The translations under genes and the position numbers were made by a program. DNA of 64,000 nt, from contig CT868540.1 in the NCBI GenBank assembly GCA_000165425.1, positions 62,001 through 126,000 on the forward strand, written 5' to 3'. The DNA comes from Paramecium tetraurelia (taxonomy: Eukaryota). Shown piece after piece: positions 13,767-26,800 of this stretch (position 1 is its first letter; the number at the start of each line of letters is the position of its first letter). The notes under the pieces were generated by a model. That model did not search any database, was not told the DNA's origin, and worked only from the letters and a program-made list of their open reading frames with translations.

Positions 13767-14225
13767 ATGAACAAAGTCAATATGAAAAGTAGACAATAAG
13801 TAGAAGATGAATTTGATCCTTTTTAAAGTGATAATAGCTATCAAAGCGATGAAGATAATCAACCTGTCATTATGAACTTTTTAGAGGACATTAAAGGGCA
13901 TCTAGAAGGGGACATTAGTTTTGAGACTAATGAACATGATATTTATGATCCTGCATTCTCATAAACCATTAGTCATAGAATCAAAGATCATTAAGACACG
14001 GCGTTTTAGAAGTAAAAATTTAAATCTAATGTTCAATCTATTAAATCATGCAATTCCATTAATATCATTTGTTCATTAGAAATATTTCAATAACAACTAG
14101 AATTTAAGCATACTTAGAGTCTTCCAGATCAATAGAATTTGTAAAAACTTTCCAATTCTAAATAATAACAGCTAAATTTTTTATGGGGAAAAATTAGATA
14201 AAATAATAAGGATAAAGAAAAATGA
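13767..14225 (+). CDS. Hypothetical acidic protein (152 aa)
   Basis: Intronless ORF MNKVNMKSRQQVEDEFDPFQSDNSYQSDED...LWGKIRQNNKDKEK*. Confidence 0.7.
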
Positions 14226-14325
14226 CACTTAAAATATTCTGTACATCATTTTATGGATAAATAAAAGTTGTGTTCTCAAGGATAATAAAATTAACATATA
14301 TTATATTAATATAGATTGTGTAAAT

Positions 14326-14356
14326 TCATTATCCATTTTTCATATTTGGATTAAAA

Positions 14357-14394
<38 letters not shown>

Positions 14395-16130
14395 ATAAAA
14401 CATCTACATTTATTATTCTTAAGTCATCGTTCCATAATTCAGATAAGTCTAATCTTAATAATATAATTATGGCATTTATTACAATAATAACTATTGCTAT
14501 TATTAATAATACATCATCTATTACATCATAGCCACTTAAAATTATTGCTACATTTATTACTATTAAGCCTATTTTAATCCATTCTCAAATAATTATTATT
14601 TTTAAATATTATTATTACTTATGTTTTATCTAGAACTCTAAGATTATGGATTCTATTTTTTCTATTTATTTTTATTCTGTTAATTCTTATCATTTTATAT
14701 TATCTTTTAAGTGTATTTTTTAACATTCTAATTTGCCAAAGCAAACTTTAATACAATCTAACCATGATTGTTTAACTAATTGTTGTCACTCAATCGATTT
14801 AAAAGAGCCAAATATTCCTATCTTAATGTTTAATCTAAATATTCAAATAATCTCTGTATAGGATAATTAGCAAACTAATCATTCACTAATTTCTTAAATG
14901 AGCTATAATAATAAACATCAGCTACCTTTCTGAAATGGATACTTCTTCCCATAATCGTGTCCTCCATTAAGAGCCTCCATATACTATGACCTTCTCTGCT
15001 ACATTACTACCATATTTATCCATTGACATCGGCATAAAATCCTTAATGAGGTACTAATCCATCAACAATCTCTTATGTATCTCTTAGCCCTTCTCCAAAA
15101 TTGATTAAATAATATAATTAGCATATTGTCTTCGTGTAAGTCCAGAACTATTATGAATTGCTCTGATTATGATATCATTACATAATGTCTTAGTTTAAAT
15201 GTCGAATTGTTTAGGATAGATATCGATAATCTTATTAACAATTAAACATCCATATTAGTCAATTGATAATTCAAATTTTTCATGGTTGTTATTTAGAATC
15301 TATCATTCAATTTGATATTATACATATTTTGACAACACCTAAAGAAGTTTTAACAGATGATTCCCTTCTAACACCTCCAGACTCTTTTAGATAATTTGAT
15401 TTGCAATCTTGTCTACATACAATCTTCTCATCTAAGAGTTATCTGAATGAATGAAATTGAGATAATTGTCTAATTAATAAGGATAATCTTAAGGATTTTG
15501 GATCATCACTTCCAATCCCTTTTGAATTACTTTACAAGCATAGAGGTCTTTTATTAATTTATTTATGGATTAAAACAATCTATCAAGTATAATGTTTTTG
15601 TGTTAAAGAAGACCTAATGGTATTTTGATTACTAGTACCAACTTCAAGTATTTTTTCAAGAAGGAAATGTTAGTACTTATCCAAACTTATATTTTCTATT
15701 TCAGCTTTTACGAATGTGTTAAAGACATATTCTTTTTCTTTTAAGTTAGCATTTTAATATTCCAATTGCATTTTTCGAGAATTTTTTGTCAACTTCTCGT
15801 GACTTAAGTATGATGACCTAATAGATTTACCATTCAATAGTACATGTCAGCTTAAAATGCTGATACAAGAGAAGGTCTTTATGAGTCATTAATCAATACT
15901 TAATCTAATTATTAGTTAATTTCATCGAATAAATCATCTATTAAGACATAAAAATGATAATAACCTTCTTTATCTAATAGTTGATCTTCAAAAAATGCTG
16001 CACTAAATGCCTTTGTAGCATTAGTATTCTCAAACAGTGTAGGAGTTGCAGTTGAACCACTTTGGGATGGATGGCATTTCAATTCTTCCTCCTCCTTATT
16101 GAATTCCTAAGGGACATATGGTTGAGCCAT
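14326..16130 (-). CDS. Pumilio/PUF-family RNA-binding protein with 8 Puf repeats and a Q/M/Y-rich C-terminal tail
   Basis: Repeats SRKMQ, DKYQHFLLEK, DLYACKVIQK, DKIANQIIQK, DQYGCLIVNK, RQYANYIIQS, DKYGSNVAEK, DQFANYPIQR; tail ends ...FYWQ11IFNPNMKNGQ*. Confidence 0.88.
14359..14391 (-). repeat. (TAA)11 coding microsatellite = polyglutamine tract of the PUF protein
   Basis: (att)n on + strand, in frame as TAA x11 on - strand. Confidence 0.85.
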
Positions 16131-16519
16131 GGATTGAGTTTTATAAAATAATTTATATTTTTTATAAAATTCCAGCTTAAAATTCAATTTGAAAGAATAA
16201 AGAAAATCTTAAAATTTTTTATTCATAAAATTATTTTATTTATTTCCATAATAAGCAAGAGAACTATTTATGTTAAATGATAATGTCAAATTAATTGCAA
16301 ATTTATATATAATAATTTACAATTAATACCAACTTAAAACTTAGACATTAATTCTAACGACATTATTTACAGATTTTTTCAACTCTATATAATAGAATAA
16401 ATAATGTAAAGTCATTCTAGAAGTTCCAATTAAAGAGTGGAGGTGATAAAAATATCAAAAAATTTTATCCCCCTAAAGCTATTGATGTGTTATTTATTAT
16501 TATATTTAAATATTATTCA

Positions 16520-17110
16520 ATGCGTAATCTAACCCCAGATAAAGCTTTCAGAATTAAAAAGCAAAGTATTTTCGAGCTCAATTTTAGTGAAGAACCTAAA
16601 TCAACCAAAATTCATAGTCGATAAATTAATCAAAAACCTGTGGAAACTTAATTTTAGGCATACACAAAAAATAAAGTGATTAAGCTGAAGGACACCCCTC
16701 ATACTCATAGCAAAATCTAATCTCTTAAGTCAAAACTTGTTAGAATATTTAAGGATAATAAAGAGTAATCATCGCTTGAAATTTTAACAGAATAAAAAGG
16801 AAAATCATTTTTAGAAGAATTAAAGGAACCTCCTATGCTTAATCTGTAAGGCTTATAACGTATGGCTAATTCTAATGAAAACAATCCATTTTTCCTTAAT
16901 CGTCCTCGGAACCCCAAATAATTTAGAAAATGTTATTTTCGATATCCTACTGATGCTATAGAAAAATTAGATAGAAGTACTATTGTCACTCCTCAGCCAC
17001 TCCTACGTAGGTATACAGCTTTACTAAAGCCAAGAGTAAGAATTTCAGAATAATGGAATGAATTAAATGGTTGGCAAACAAAGGACGAGTCCATTACAAA
17101 TTTATTTTGA
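16520..17110 (+). CDS. Hypothetical basic protein (196 aa)
   Basis: Intronless ORF MRNLTPDKAFRIKKQSIFELNF...ELNGWQTKDESITNLF*. Confidence 0.75.
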
Positions 17111-18614
17111 TTTAAGCTTTTGTAAAATATAAAATTACTTTACTAAATACAAATAAAAACATATTATACTATATTTATTAGTTGGTTTATAAAAATAAGA
17201 AACATGTAAGTATATTATTATATTTATCAATAATTATTGAGGCTAGAATATTCCTTATAACTTATTTACTTTGATTTATTAAAAATTATAAATGATATTT
17301 TGTTTTTCTTTCAAACATTGATATTGAATTCTATCGTTACATCGAATTCAAAATCAATTACAATAGTTATGGAAATGTCAGTTCATAATATTATCATCAG
17401 GTATTTCATATTTATTATTGTCTCTGGTCGAATTTCCAATTGGCATTGATTATTTTGAAATTCCTTTGTGAAAATATTTACATTAAGTCAAAAAGTTATT
17501 GTTTAACATTTTTAACAAAATCATATAACTAATCATTATTTGAATTTGTGAAAAAAAGAACTGCAATTATTAGATGTAAATGATTTTTTGATATCTATGA
17601 GCTCTCAACTTATATATTATCATAAATTTATAAATATCATCTTTTTAATATGAGATTTATTTGAGGAGAGATCCTAATTTTGGATGGACGTTACCTAGAA
17701 AACAAATAATTGTTTTATGGATTTCAATCTTAATAATATAAAATCAATAAGTGATCACTAAATTCCTATATTAAAGAGATTATTAATCCTCAAAATTGAA
17801 GATTATCATTTAATTAAATTTTTGCCTTGCTTAATAATTAGTCATTATTAAATCATTCAATCTTAATCGTGAATAAAAACGAAAAATTTTTGATAATCCT
17901 TTGTGTTATTGAGAGTTATTTTTAAGTAAAATATTGAAAACACCACGAATTATTATTTATTTTTTTCGATCAATTAATTCTACTTTGTTTCTTCTTCTTT
18001 TTTATACTCTGCATATTTAATAATTTATCCTTTCATCCAACTATTCTTAGAACTTTTTATTAATTATTATTTATAATTTAATTACGAACTTCGTTTCATA
18101 ATAATATATTATATTATGAACCAATAAAACAAATTTTATTAATAATTTTGTTAATCTGCATCTTTTCCTAAGATCGGTAAATTAAAGTCAATAATCTAAA
18201 AATCAGTGAAAAATTAATTACCCTAAAGTGATTGTAAGAGGTAATTGTTTCTATTAATAATTTCGTCATAAATATTTGGTACTAATATTTACACTCATTA
18301 ATAATATATTTTTGTTTAAATTCCTATAGAACCACAAAATACATGTTGAAATTGTTTTTTCATCTAAAATTATTGGATTGCAATTATGAAAACGTAAAAT
18401 ATATATATTTTATTGCAACATAATAATTTATACTTGTAACATTTATTTTACTTAGTTTGAGACATAAATATCATTTAATTTGTAATTATCATGTATGATG
18501 ATTTTGACAGAAAAGATATATTATCTAACAGGATAATTAAATATATTATTAAATTATGTATAAAGATTTAAAAGCAATAAATCATTTTTGATTATATGAT
18601 TCATACAGTATAGG

Positions 18615-18857
18615 TCAATAATAGGCTCCAAAGGCTTCATAAGTGAGTAAATTAAGTTTATTAGATTAGAGTTTGTGTTGTTTCAATTTTCGTCTTTATA
18701 CTATAGGATTTTTAGTGATGGAGTACATTGGTCTTTCTTTTGATTTTGAATCATTGCTCTCATCCGAATTTGATGAATAATTCATGATTGAACTTCTGGT
18801 GTTTGCATTTTACCAAGTACTATTTTCATGGAATCGATCCGAGTTAGCATTTCCCAT
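18615..18857 (-). CDS. Small (80 aa) protein with N-myristoylation-like start
   Basis: MGNANSDRFHENSTWQ...YSITKNPIVQRRKLK...YEAFGAYY*; MGxxxS motif. Confidence 0.7.
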
Positions 18858-18936
18858 CTTTACTTGTTTAATATTAAATATAATTAAAAATTAAATTATT
18901 TGAATTGTAAAAAATGTCAAACAATGACGCATCAGA

Positions 18937-20523
18937 TCATTATTAAATATGTGCTTAGTTTTATCCTTACTATAATAATTCAAGATTAAAGTCCTCATTT
19001 TCCTCAGAATTAATAATATTATCAGTTCTCTTTTAAATACTTTCATCTTCAGGATCATCAACTTCTATAATACATAAATCTATTGATATATTTACATTAA
19101 TATTTGTATCTTGGAATACTTGCTGTAGGTTTCATATAATTAGGTTCTTTATAATCTTCATAATCAACAACTTCTGGTTTGTTAATAACACTTTTTAATT
19201 ATTGGTATGCCTTAGTTAAATCCAATACTGGTCTTCCAGAGGAATTTTAATTTTAATCATATTCTTTGCTATCACCTAGTATTTCTTAGGCTAATTTTTT
19301 AAATTCTTCATAAGATTATGGTTTTTAATTATTGTTTAACAATTAATATTGTTACTGTATTTTTTATTATTGTTATTTAATTTGTTAATTTTCAGTTACA
19401 AACATGTTGTCCTCTTAATTCTCATCAATTTGAGATTATTCCTCTTCATTTTATAACAAGAACCCATCCTTAGATTGTTCGATGACTGGTAATTTAAGAA
19501 TATCATTTTCAACTCTCTTTAATTATTCAAATTTACAAGGAGGTTTCTTGACCTTAGGTTTCTTAAGATAAGACTTTTCGATTTCTTCATTTATCAAAAT
19601 ACCTCCTGTTCTGGCATGAATTTCCATTTCCAAACCTTAATGATCTCTGGTAATTCCAAATGGATTTCCTGTAATAATAATTTTCTTGAGATTAGTGAAA
19701 TTACGAGCACATATTAGATTATGCTAATTTTCAGCAATATTATAAGAGAAATCTAAAGTTTCTAATTTATTGAAATATCCAACAACCAACCTTTCAGTAT
19801 GAATACCTCTTAAGAAATTCTTACTAATATTTAGCGTTTTAAGTTCAGGTATCTATCCTAAAACTTCCCATAAGACTGAAGCTGTTTGATTAGATTAAAA
19901 TGCATTATCACTAATGTCTAACAATTCTAACTTTGTGAATTCTGCCATATCAGTTGGCAATTCAAGTAATTCATTTCTAACTAAATAAAGTTCCTTCAAT
20001 TCTGTAATATGTTTTAAGGAACTTATGGCTTCTTTGTTTAAATAGTTAAATGATAAATCAAGATGTTATAATGACTCAAAAGTATTTTTATGAGAGATTT
20101 CTATATTTCTAATGTTGTTTGCACAAATCTTTAAATTTTTTAATGCTGGGAATGGAGTCAAATCTTCTAATAGTAATTAATTCTCAGAGACATCCAAATC
20201 TTACAAATTCAGAAAATATTGAAAATCCTCAGGTTTACTACTTTATATACGTAGTCCTAAATAGGTTATACAAATACTAAACTTGATAAATTTGCTCTGA
20301 TTATTTCATGTGGATTATCATTATTGGTTACATTAATCATCAAGAAACCGTCTAAACATTTCACTCTCATAACAGTGTCATCAGGAATATAGTAGATTTT
20401 TGTTTTAAAAGGATTTTTAGTATGAGCCTTTCTTTTCTTCTTTCCAAGCAATGGCAATTGGAAATGGTTCATTTTACTATAAGCTATTGGAAATGGTATT
20501 TAAGAGTTGGCTTTATTTTTCAT
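18937..20523 (-). CDS. Leucine-rich repeat protein, XRRA1-like
   Basis: LDGFLMI...NLQDLDVSENQLLLEDLTPFPALKNLKICANNI, LQHLDLSFNYL, LELLDISDNAF, LKKIIITGNPF; acidic/Q-rich tail. Confidence 0.8.
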
Positions 20524-20559
20524 AATTAATGATTATTATTATGTTGTTAATTTGAAATA

Positions 20560-21365
20560 ATGTAAAGATCAATTGGTTATATAAAGAATAGAACCAAAGA
20601 ATTGCAATTGAAGAAATAAAAATACAAATCCCTCCATCCAAATAGTAGTCGAAGAATATACAAACTACCTCCTAAATGAGTGGACAAAATGGAAGAGACT
20701 AGAGACACTATTCAAAAGGTTGGAATTTTAAACTAGGAAATTGAGAAGTTAAAGACATCTAAGGATGTGGGACCCAAAGCATAATTCAATGAATAAATAG
20801 TACAAGGAAAACTTGATTAGCATTGCAGGTTTAAATCTGAGTATAGTAGATGATTAGAGATATTGAAGAAAATCTACAAATTATGGAAACTGATGATTGC
20901 GACAATGATCTTGAATATAAAATCAAATAAAATGCCAAAATGTGCTTGGGCATATCCTTAAAAAAAGTCACTCCATAATTAAGAAATTATCAACATTAAA
21001 TGTTGAGGTAATTACAACGAGAAAGACCATCATAAAACTTAAAAGTTGATTTTGAATAGGAATATATTGAAACATTAATTTTAGATAGAAATGATAGAAT
21101 TAAATAATTAGGAGAAAAATTGAAAAAAATGAATGAGTTGTTTAAAGAAATGAATAGACTAGTTATAGAACAAGGAACTTTGTTAGATCGAATTGATTTC
21201 AACATAGATCAAACATTCACAAGAATTAAAAAAGGAAAAGATTAGTTAGTCTAAGCAAGTACAAAATAGTAAATTAGTGACAGAGCTTAAAAGTGTATTT
21301 TTATATTAGTTGGATTAAATATGTTTATAGCTTTTCTATTTGTAATAAAATATACATTATTATGA
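20560..21365 (+). CDS. Syntaxin-16/Tlg2-like Qa-SNARE with an in-frame TGA at codon 40 (possible pseudogene)
   Basis: N-peptide-like KNRTKEL, LPPK*VD (TGA 20677-20679), SNARE motif ELFKEMNRLVIEQGTLLDRIDFNID and a C-terminal TM; a 29-nt intron near 20829-20857. Confidence 0.82.
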
Positions 21366-21788
21366 CTATATATATCAAATAAAATATATATAATGATTAT
21401 AACAAAAAAAAAAATGTATCTTTGATAAAGTGAAAAACATGATAATTAAAAAACCAACTTAAATAGGAACTATTTCTTTTTTATTTGAAAAAAATTAGAA
21501 TTTTGACTTCTTGAAAATTCCTTTTCTACTTCTTCAATTATAAAAATGAAAGAATAATTATGTATTAAGAAAAAAAAAATTAATAAAATCAAAATATTTT
21601 GCGATGGATCAATAATAACTCCATAACTACTATTACTATTAATATTCTAAATTCCCTCTCTGAAAAATTAAATCTAGTTTATTAATTTATTAATGTGATA
21701 TTATGTATTATATTATATAGAATTGAATGTAAATTTTATACATAAAACTTAAAGTGTTTATATAAAAATGCAATTAAACAATGTATGT

Positions 21789-23059
21789 TCATAAAAAGCA
21801 AACTTCAGAAGGGAGATTTGAATTTACAGGTTTCAACACTTTTAATCCTAAGAATAAGATAAAATAATACTTAGATTCTAAATTCTCAGATTTATAGAAA
21901 AATGGATGGTCTAAACATTATATAACATCATATCTATTTTCTTAAAAATCAAGCATTTTAAATAATAGTGATTATGCCTTGCTTTCTTTAACATTTCTAT
22001 AATCAATAGCGAACAAATTATTTTTTGATAATCTAATAATTTATTATCTATTTAAATTTCTATCGAACATAGGATTTCCTGTTAATATCATATGAAACAC
22101 TTAAGCTAAGCTGTATATATCACATTTCTAATTGTAGAACTATCCATTAATTATTTCAGGAGCAAAGTATCCGATAGTTCCACATTTTTCGCATAAATAA
22201 TTTAAATTATCTTTGAATGCTGAAAATCCAAAATCAATGATCCTAACACTTTTATGATCATTTATTTCTTCCAACATAATGTTATCCATCTTGATATCTC
22301 TGTGTATAATACCCAAACCATGAATATGATTTAACCCAGATAAAATTTTTTTCATTATAGTCTTCACCTTAATCTTACTTAAGTCCTTAGAATTAGAATT
22401 TACAAGTTAATTTAAAGTGCCTCCAGAAAAGTAAGGGTAAATGAAGATAATAAGATCATTTTCCTAATAGTATTCAACCATACTCGCCACATTTTCATGA
22501 GGATTTTAGGCGATGTGCAAATTAATTTAAAGTTCTCTCTCTATTAGAAAATGATTAATTTTTTGTATTTTAGCAGCAAATATTTCATTATTATCTCTTT
22601 TTCGACATTTGATAATCTTATAAAATATTAGGAATTACATACCTCCCCATTTTGTATTTTTTTAATAGTTTCAAGTTTTTGATAGTTATAATTAAAATTA
22701 TCCTATCCGACTTTTGTCATAAGGGCTTGATGTCCTAATCTCCCACTATGCAAGTCAAAAAGAAATTTATCCTGAAATTTCTGCTTATAATTAAAGGTTA
22801 CTTCATAGAAATCCTCACTATAAAAATTAATATGATATATACTGCTTAATCCAATTCATTAATTTTATATCATCAATGTCGATTGTCAGGATTTTATTAT
22901 ATTTTTTCTATTTATTATAAAAACATAAAGTACTTCTAAAATTTCGATGTTATTTTCCCTAATTTTGAGTTATGAGGTTTCAGAAACTGAAATAGGTCGA
23001 GTTGATGGTTTTGAGTCTGTTTGAGATTACTCTAAATTACTAGGTTCTGTGATTTTCAT
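21789..23059 (-). CDS. Ser/Thr protein kinase (CAMK-like)
   Basis: IFAAK, IIHRDIKMDNIML, IIDFGFS, CGTIGYFAPE, DIYSLA; the Gly-rich loop is degenerate. Confidence 0.9.
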
Positions 23060-23805
23060 AATTTATTTGTAAATTTAATTAATAAGTAGTAAAAAAAAAT
23101 CCCCAGAATATAAATTTATGATGATTTAGCGTTCTGAATAAAAAGGCTTTTCTCTAATATTCACACATTCAATAAGTAAATTATATCTATATATTTCCTA
23201 TTCCAACAGTTCATTAGTAAGAGTCAGTATTTAAAAAAGGTCAGTATCAATAATAATCTTAACTCATATACCATAATTTAGTTATTTCTACCTTCAAAGA
23301 GAATGCTGCAATGTATATTAGGATTTAATTAAGTGTTCTTGGCTAAGTTCAGTTTTTTCATAAATAAAAATAATTCTGTTTTTTTAAGAAAATTATTGCT
23401 TTCTTTTCATATATTGATGGTTTTTAGAAATTTAATAATTTAATCATGCTCAAAAACTATAATGCATTTATAGCAAAACATCTTTCAAAGTTAAGAAATC
23501 AGTTATAAAGGTTAAAAAATAAGGTCATTAAAATTTACATGCGAATATCAATTAAATAAGATGTGTTTTATCAAAAATTTCAGAATAATTAGATTGAAGT
23601 AACCTTTTATAAATTTATATAATATGAATTTCGATTTTATAATATTACTATAATAATGGAGAGGAGTAATGAATAAGAATGATGGAGAACAATTTTTTAA
23701 ACGCTAGTGCTATAATGATTATAATAATCCCATGTATTAAATTTATCATTCGTATAAATAGTTATTGAATTTAGAATTTAAAGAAATTTTTAAATTATAT
23801 TTAAT

Positions 23806-26800
23806 TCACTTAAAAATTAATTCACATTCAGTGCAAAATTAAGGTACATTTGATAATATTGTGATTTTCCCACACTCTAGGTTGTATTTTTATTAATAAT
23901 CCTTGATTACTTCTAAAAATATATTAATTGCTTTAGTTCCATCATATGTTTTTAATTCCTCTTCATTAGTCAAACATTATTGAAGTATACCATAGATCAA
24001 TATTGTAATTGAAGAGAGCCTTCTCTTTAGAAATGTCTCAACCAATCTAAAAATAGATGAAATATTTACATCTTTAAAAATACTTAGTATAATAAACATG
24101 ACTTATTTCCATTTAAATTTTGAGGTGTAGAAATCAATAAAACTTGATAAATGTTATTAAATTTCAATTTATAGCCTTGAATTAAGAAGCTTTAACCGTA
24201 TTCGATATCATCCTTCGTTTAGTAATACTTAATTTTATATTCTAATTCATTCTTAAAGGAAGGTCCTGCTAATTCGAAAAGCATTTTAACAACTCCAGAA
24301 TTATAAGATTTAAGATCAATCGGACCTACTAAACAATCAGTTGGAGGAGCAGAGTCTAATTTTGATTGAATAATTTCCCTTAATCTTTCACCTTTAAAAA
24401 TAATCTACAATATTTCAACATTTTCATCAAGAATATCAACAATATGTATAGACAGAGGTGTTTAAAAATTAAAATTTAGAATTGCTTAATAAAAGACTTC
24501 AGCACACTTAAATAATGGAAACCCGTAAATACCTGCAGAAATCATTGGAATTGCAATCGATGATAATTTCATTTCCTAACATTTTTGTAATCTATTGATT
24601 TAATTTTAAAATATACACATTTAAAATGCACTTATAAAGCTATTCTACTGATTTCTAAGGTTCTTATTAATTATAGGTAGGACTAGCAGCATGAAAAATA
24701 TAGTTTGGTCCTTAAAACGACTTTAATTTGTAACTATTGGTAACCACTACCTCCGAAGTTTCAATTTAGTTTCTACCAAGTTTTTAAAAAATTTAATCGA
24801 TTTCCTATTCTAATTGATATTCACCAGCAGCTCGAAAGATAGATCCACAAACTCCACCACCTTTCTAAAGGAGATTGTTAGCTGCATTTACAATGGCATC
24901 TATTCCTTTTATTTCAGTAATATCTTATTTATAAATGGAAACTGATATTCCATGCAACTTAAATTTTAGGGGATCTAAGTTATATGATGGATTATTTAAT
25001 TACCTTTTTTAACAACAATCCAATTTTTATTATTAAAATTTATTTCACTCCAATTTAAACTATCAGGATACTTGTTGATTGCTTCCTTAAAAGCATTGAT
25101 TGGAGTATCCTTAGGTAAATCATTTTAATCCTCTATTAAATTATTATATATGTCATCTAAGCATAGACAACATGTATAAAGCTTCAAACACTTTAAAGAG
25201 TATAACAGTCTTAGTTAATAATAATAAAAATTACATGTCTCGAAAACAATTAGCTAGTTATATCTGTCTTCCAACTGTCTTATCGTAATTTGGACAAAAT
25301 ACCAGTAGGACATAATTACAATCAAGAGTTGCCACATTTGTTCTTACTGATTGCAAGAAATGTTCTTTATCATTTTAAGCTAAATTCACGATATCTTCTA
25401 GTACAGTATATAAAGACTCTAATTTAATAAAAGAAGGTAAGCTTTATTTAAAATTGTATTTATTAACAGGAATGGCAACACAATCAATTTTAATTAATTT
25501 TAGTTCCTAAAATGAATCATCTTAATCTTTCTTTATTCTTTGATGCAAATTCTCTGATTTTTCAATTCTTTATTGAAATTATTAATCTGTATATTAAACT
25601 TTATTGAAATAAGAATCATTTGATTCCGATTTTATATCTTAACTTAAACCTTCTCCTTTTTGATCAAAAGGTTNNNNNNNNNNNNNNNNNNNNNNNNNNN
25701 NNNNNNNNNNNNNNNNNNNNNNNNNNNNNNNNNNNNNNNNNNNNNNNNNNNNNNNNNNNNNNNNNNNNNNNNNNNNNNNNNNNNNNNNNNNNNNNNNNNN
25801 NNNNNNNNNNNNNNNNNNNNNNNGCTAGAGCGGGATAGATATGCGAATAAGAATCATTTGATTCCGATTTTATATCTTAACTTAAACCTTCTCCTTTTTT
25901 ATCAAAAGGTTCTAGCAAAGAACCGAGTATCAATTTTGAATCTAATTTATTTTTGCTAGCTATGCCCATTATTTTTTTTTTTTGTTCTTAAATCCTTTAC
26001 ATGATATTAGGCTATATATAAAATTGTTTCATTGCTTTTTCAATTTTTAAATATTCTTCAGTATTGCTTAGTTATTCCTCTTATTTTGATAGATAATGAA
26101 ATAGCTGTATAATTTCTGATCTTTCAGAAGTAGTTTCAGAAATCTATTTCTCTATGTGTAGTTGTAATTCTTTATTTTATGATTCTATTACTAAAATGAA
26201 TTAGGATACCTTTTTGTTTCTAAAAATTATTTAAAATGATTTTGAAAATCATACCAATTGCAAATGAATCATGTGTTTCAGATACATACTAAGATTCCAA
26301 CATTTCAGGGGGACAAAAAGGCTGAATTTCTTTAAGGTTTTCAGATATCTTATAAGACAATTTGTAATTGAACTACTTATTAATTTATTCAAGATTCTTT
26401 TCATTTTTTAATAATTTCTAATGAAGGTGATATACATCTTAACAAACATCCATCATAAATTTTAGTAGGTTTATTCGATTCGATATTTATTCTTAGATTT
26501 TATCAGTAATATCAATAAATAGAGAAATAAATATCTTACTCTATTATTAAGGTGGAAGGGATTTGAAAAGAGGTTATTAAGAAGAGGGCTAATATTCCTA
26601 AACTATTTGGGGGGGTTAACTCTAAGTTAAGCTATTTGGTTAATTTTAAGTAGAAATACCCTATTATTTATTAAAGGGGATTTTTTGTTAGTATTCTTTT
26701 TAGTAATTATTATTTTTGTTTTGATAAATTAGAGGTTTTTATAATAAATCATTATTATAATATCTTATTTCTTATTCTTTTGGAACATTTTAATTTATAT

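Noticed and set aside
14340..14580. Apparent poly-Ile multi-pass membrane segment on the minus strand
   Set aside because: Wrong frame; the frame continuous with the PUF domain gives a Gln-rich tail.
17150..18600. Long AT-rich tract as possible gene, transposon or retained IES (similar tracts at ~23100-23800 and ~46300-47000)
   Set aside because: No convincing ORF, transposase motif, terminal inverted repeat or clear TA-bounded IES consensus seen by eye; may be old pseudogene debris.
23118..23146. Box C (atgatga) and box D (ctga) snoRNA-like pair
   Set aside because: Only 9 nt apart, too short for a C/D snoRNA; expected by chance in AT-rich DNA.
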